From: an uncultured virus (IMG/VR IMGVR_UViG_2875455138_000005)
Lineage: Duplodnaviria > Heunggongvirae > Uroviricota > Caudoviricetes
Reading direction: 5' to 3' (one strand)
Length of the DNA stretch: 64,000 nt
Virus record (IMG/VR): IMGVR_UViG_2875455138_000005
Coordinates: 1-64,000 of that record
The notes under the pieces are model-generated. The model did not search any database. It saw nothing but the letters and a program-made list of their open reading frames with translations, and was not told the origin of the DNA. The position numbers and the translations under genes were made by a program. How positions within the stretch are numbered: position 1 is the stretch's first letter; every line of letters starts with the position of its first letter. This document shows, in pieces, positions 60,541-64,000 of this stretch.

Positions 60541-60680
60541 AAGAATTACCTCCTAGGTTTTGATTGTGATTACAACTTCAGTCTAGCATGTTAAATATTT
60601 GAAATGTGTGAAGTGTTTGTGAAACTGTTTAAAAGATCAATTTTATTTAGAGTAAAAATAAAGTAAATGGAGGTTATTTA

Positions 60681-60863
60681 TTGGGGTGTCTTTGTGAAAA
60701 TAAATATTTGATTTGGAAAGGGGATGATTTTTTGCAGGATGACAATAGAGTACAAACAATCTGGGTATGTTCAAAATGCAAAGAATCATTTGTATATATA
60801 AAATCAATTGGCTGCCATAAGCCTCTACCTTGCTTTAAAATGGAGGTGAAGGGTGCTGATTAA
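60681..60863 (+). CDS. Small Cys-rich protein
   Basis: CLC, CSKC; GGAGG RBS; overlaps the next gene. Confidence 0.55.
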   Translation: MGCLCENKYLIWKGDDFLQDDNRVQTIWVCSKCKESFVYIKSIGCHKPLPCFKMEVKGAD

Positions 60864-62247
60864 CTTGGATATAACATATAAAACAACTATTGATAATCCA
60901 TCAAAACGGGTTCTTGAAATATCAGATGCATTTGGAGTTGGAATAAATGAATCACATAAACACGTTATTATAGAGAACTTAACAATTCCAGAGTTTCAAA
61001 TCATGTATTTAACTGGAATGAGTGGTAGCGGAAAAACTAGTATGCTTAATTATTTTAAAGAGGAGTATTCTTTTACTGAACCGGATATTGAATTTGATTC
61101 TGAAAAGCCTATTATTGATACTATAGGTAAGGATACTGAAAATGCTCTTTTCCTTTTGAATTTGGTGGGCCTAGGTGAAGCATTTCTATATATAAAACCT
61201 TACAAAGTCCTTTCAGACGGACAGAAATATAGATATAAAATTGCTAAAATTATTGAAAGCGGACAAAAGGTTTGGTGTATTGATGAGTTCTGTAGTTTTT
61301 TAGACAGAACAACCGCAAAGATCGTTGCTTTTAACACACAAAAAATTGCAAGAAAGCTTGGGGTTAAACTAATTGTTGCAACAGCTCATGACGATCTTAA
61401 AAATTACATTCAAGCTGATTATGTGTTTGACTTTGGAATGGGGGAAGGATTAGAAATAACAAGAAATACAAAAGAGGTTATAAACCCTTTTGTTGATGAA
61501 CTTGAGATAACCCCAGGCACCATTGAAGATTATAAAAAGCTTGGGAAATATCATTACAAAAATAAAGATGCTCGCTTTACTAAATACATATTTAAGATGA
61601 TGTATAAAAGGATACTTGTTGGAGTTGCAGTTTATTCAATGCCCCGACAGCAATTGGTTGGAAGAAACGTTTTCTTCAATAAAAAATATGTAAACGAACG
61701 TGGGATTCCAAAACTAAGCGAAGTTAACAAAGACTTTTTGATGGGGTCAAGATTCATCATACACCCTATGTTCAGGGGCGTAGGGTTAGGTTCTGAACTT
61801 GTAAGGAAAACTGCACCTCAGGTTGACAGACCTTATATTGAGATTGTATCAACTATGAGTAAGTACAATAAGTTTTTAGAACAAGCAGGGGCTCATTATG
61901 TATGTGACAATCTAAATGAAGATAAAATCAAAAAGCAAGAAAAGATTATTAAACTTTTTGAAAAATACAACCTTAATTATGAACTTATTTCATCTATTGA
62001 CTACTGTCAGAAGGTTTTAGATACTGTACCAGTTGAAGAATTGAAAAATGCAATATATGGGGTTCTAAGACCTAATTTCTTTAACAATAGGGCAAGGTTT
62101 AAGAAATATGGGATTGATTTTCAAACCAAGAAAGAGTTTATGGAGCCTGATTTTCCTTTAACTCCAGAAATTTTAAGCTTGGCAAAATGGCCAACAACTA
62201 CATATTACATATGGGACAATACAAAAATTGAGAGCTCTCAGAAGTGA
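60853..62247 (+). CDS. ABC ATPase-GNAT acetyltransferase fusion
   Basis: GMSGSGKT, LSDGQ, IDEF, VATAH; then SRFIIHPMFRGVGLG acetyl-CoA motif. Confidence 0.85.
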   Translation: MLINLDITYKTTIDNPSKRVLEISDAFGVGINESHKHVIIENLTIPEFQIMYLTGMSGSGKTSMLNYFKEEYSFTEPDIEFDSEKPIIDTIGKDTENALFLLNLVGLGEAFLYIKPYKVLSDGQKYRYKIAKIIESGQKVWCIDEFCSFLDRTTAKIVAFNTQKIARKLGVKLIVATAHDDLKNYIQADYVFDFGMGEGLEITRNTKEVINPFVDELEITPGTIEDYKKLGKYHYKNKDARFTKYIFKMMYKRILVGVAVYSMPRQQLVGRNVFFNKKYVNERGIPKLSEVNKDFLMGSRFIIHPMFRGVGLGSELVRKTAPQVDRPYIEIVSTMSKYNKFLEQAGAHYVCDNLNEDKIKKQEKIIKLFEKYNLNYELISSIDYCQKVLDTVPVEELKNAIYGVLRPNFFNNRARFKKYGIDFQTKKEFMEPDFPLTPEILSLAKWPTTTYYIWDNTKIESSQK

Positions 62248-62296
62248 GACTCTCAATAAAATTTGTCTTTTAAAGAGTAAAAATAAAATATAAGAG

Positions 62297-62524
62297 GTGG
62301 AGTCTGCGGTGAACTATCCAGAAAGCTTAAAAGAGAAAGCCGAAAAGATTAAAGACGAAGTAAGAAGCGGAAAATTAGAAGAGGAGAAAATAAAAGCGAT
62401 TGCTAAGTCTGCAGTTGAACTTTTAAGATCCGAAGAGAAGAGCCATACACATTATGCAGAAGTTGTCGGTGCAATTGCTGCAAACCTAGAAGATTTCTTT
62501 AAGTCTTATCTAAAAGAGGATTAA
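62297..62524 (+). CDS. Hypothetical protein
   Basis: ORF with RBS. Confidence 0.6.
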   Translation: MESAVNYPESLKEKAEKIKDEVRSGKLEEEKIKAIAKSAVELLRSEEKSHTHYAEVVGAIAANLEDFFKSYLKED

Positions 62525-62561
62525 TATAACAGGATTAAAAGAAAGGATAAAGGGATGTTTA

Positions 62562-62789
62562 TTGAAAAGGTACTATGTTAGATGTAAAGATCACAAAGAC
62601 GAAAATACGTCTTTAATAATTGAGGCGTTATCACCTGAACAGGCAAAAGAACAAGCATATGAAGTACATAAAGTAAGAGATATTTATAATGTGAGTCTGG
62701 GAGAAGGAAAGTCAAGGAATTATCTTGAACGAAAATATGCTCCATACATAAAAAATAACAACAGCAAGGCGGTAATTATCTTTTCATAA
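62562..62789 (+). CDS. Hypothetical protein (YorX-like)
   Basis: 75 aa; IEALSPEQAKEQA; synteny. Confidence 0.6.
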   Translation: MKRYYVRCKDHKDENTSLIIEALSPEQAKEQAYEVHKVRDIYNVSLGEGKSRNYLERKYAPYIKNNNSKAVIIFS

Positions 62790-62801
62790 GGGAGGACGTC
62801 C

Positions 62802-62999
62802 GTGCGCATATCTGATCCAATAAAAGAAACACTTGTGCAAAATATAGATCAACTTAGTAGCAGAGTTGATGAGTTGTTCATTTATCTTGAAAATGAGTTG
62901 CCGTCAACATCTGAAAGACAATGGAAAACTATAGACAATAAATTCGGTGAGATTTTTACTAAATCTAAGGAATTACAAAATTACATAAGTTGTTTATAA
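62802..62999 (+). CDS. Hypothetical protein
   Basis: GGGAGG RBS. Confidence 0.6.
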   Translation: MRISDPIKETLVQNIDQLSSRVDELFIYLENELPSTSERQWKTIDNKFGEIFTKSKELQNYISCL

Positions 63000-63186
63000 A
63001 GGTGAGCAATATCCCCTTGATATAAGGACATCTGTGTTACTTAATATTCAAAATCATCAGTATTTCTTAACAATTATTTATATGATTGGTAGCATTTATT
63101 AAAGAAAGAAGGTGATTTATGAGATTGTCTGTTTGATAAGTATTGGCGCCAGATGAGAATTATATTTTTACAAAGGGGATATTTTA

Positions 63187-63948
63187 ATGAACAGTTATTT
63201 TTATCGAACGATCTTAGCACTAGTTGCCGTATTTGTGCTGGCCTTTTCAACATTTCCTCCGAACAGTGATGCAAAGAGCACAATCTCAACAGATAATGTC
63301 GACAAGGATAAAGTAAAATCAGAGGCAGAATTTATTGCAGATCACACTATTGATGTGAGTAAAAAGACTAAGGAAAAACTTCTTTCCAAGGCAGAAAAAG
63401 CAATTGAAGATGGAGACATTAAGTATCATAAATCAAACGAAAAGGTATTTGATAATGCATCAGTTAGAGCTATTAAGTATGATGATGGCACAGTAACTTA
63501 TTCGGTTTCTTATTTATACGTGGACACTGAAAAAGTAGACAGAGTTAGCTCATTTAATGTTTCGTTTGATAGCGATATGAATATTGAAGAGTACTATGAA
63601 GTTGACATGAAGAAAATCAGCAGCACTCAAAACGAAATGAATTATTGGGTTAATGGCGTTAAGGATGAGGACAAGTCTGGGGTCTTTGAAACAAAACAAA
63701 CTTCAGAGGACAAAGGAAGTACATCTAACATGATGAGTGCTCAGAAGAGTTGGACTGGATGCGTATCAGATTGCTTAGGTGATAAGAATATTAGCCAATG
63801 GGCAATTACCGGTTTAGCTATTTTATGTGGAGTTTCATGCACAGCTGGTGTTCCAGCAACAGCAGGGACTGCTTGCTATGCTTGTGTAAATTCTGCTGGT
63901 ATTATTGGTGTAAATGCATTCTTTGATTGTATGGAGAAGTGTAAATGA
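63187..63948 (+). CDS. Secreted precursor with Cys-rich halocin-C8-like C-terminal domain
   Basis: Signal peptide, acidic pro-region, then SWTGCVSDC...LCGVSC...ACYAC...DCMEKC (8 Cys). Confidence 0.65.
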   Translation: MNSYFYRTILALVAVFVLAFSTFPPNSDAKSTISTDNVDKDKVKSEAEFIADHTIDVSKKTKEKLLSKAEKAIEDGDIKYHKSNEKVFDNASVRAIKYDDGTVTYSVSYLYVDTEKVDRVSSFNVSFDSDMNIEEYYEVDMKKISSTQNEMNYWVNGVKDEDKSGVFETKQTSEDKGSTSNMMSAQKSWTGCVSDCLGDKNISQWAITGLAILCGVSCTAGVPATAGTACYACVNSAGIIGVNAFFDCMEKCK

Positions 63949-64000
63949 TCAATATCTTAAGTAAAATACTATTTGTTTTGTCTGGTTGCGCTTTGTTGAT

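Larger units (their letters stand above)
1..64000. mobile_element. SPbeta-like temperate phage/prophage (partial; both ends lie outside the window)
   Basis: Gene order HU-YonO RNAP-yonT-yonV-arbitrium-yopPQR-ligB-SRAP-PGA hydrolase-helicase/primase matches SPbeta; AT-rich; no host housekeeping genes seen. Confidence 0.96.

Noticed and set aside
60853..62247. ABC transporter subunit
   Set aside because: No permease or binding-protein gene nearby, and the C-terminal domain is a GNAT.
1823..63289. Many short antisense or alternative-frame ORFs in the track (e.g. 1823-2062, 9864-10142, 13252-13500, 46498-46734, 52207-52575, 56553-56900, 63074-63289)
   Set aside because: They are shadows of longer motif-bearing genes and lack RBS or family signal.

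Overview
The whole window is part of an SPbeta-like temperate phage or prophage of the Bacillus subtilis group. It is collinear with SPbeta from yonN/yonO through the yon, yop, yoq and yor genes. Core modules: HU, the YonO single-subunit RNA polymerase (split here by a group I intron carrying a GIY-YIG endonuclease), the YonT/SR6 type I toxin-antitoxin locus, an arbitrium locus (AimR, AimP with peptide SIIRGA, AimX), the yopP-yopQ-yopR repression operon (yopQ frameshifted), LigB/SRAP, a poly-gamma-glutamate hydrolase, and a replication block using a family B polymerase where SPbeta has DnaE. Accessory cargo includes a TubR/TubZ-like pair next to a dif-like site, an LPD29-like protein plus an adenine methyltransferase, an acyltransferase-3, an ABC-ATPase/GNAT fusion and a halocin-C8-like precursor. 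The most novel-looking signals are: (1) about 20 copies of a TAAAA-N6-TTT(T/C)A palindrome at gene junctions in the variable regions, suggesting an integron-like cassette architecture; (2) an adjacent gene pair sharing a GGDxSVNIQG motif at the C-terminus of one protein and the N-terminus of the next, as in amyloid signalling; (3) a TubRZ plus dif-like maintenance module; and (4) a 1.1 kb structured non-coding region with tRNA-like parts. Gene symbols come from recalled sequence motifs, protein lengths and synteny, not from database searches.
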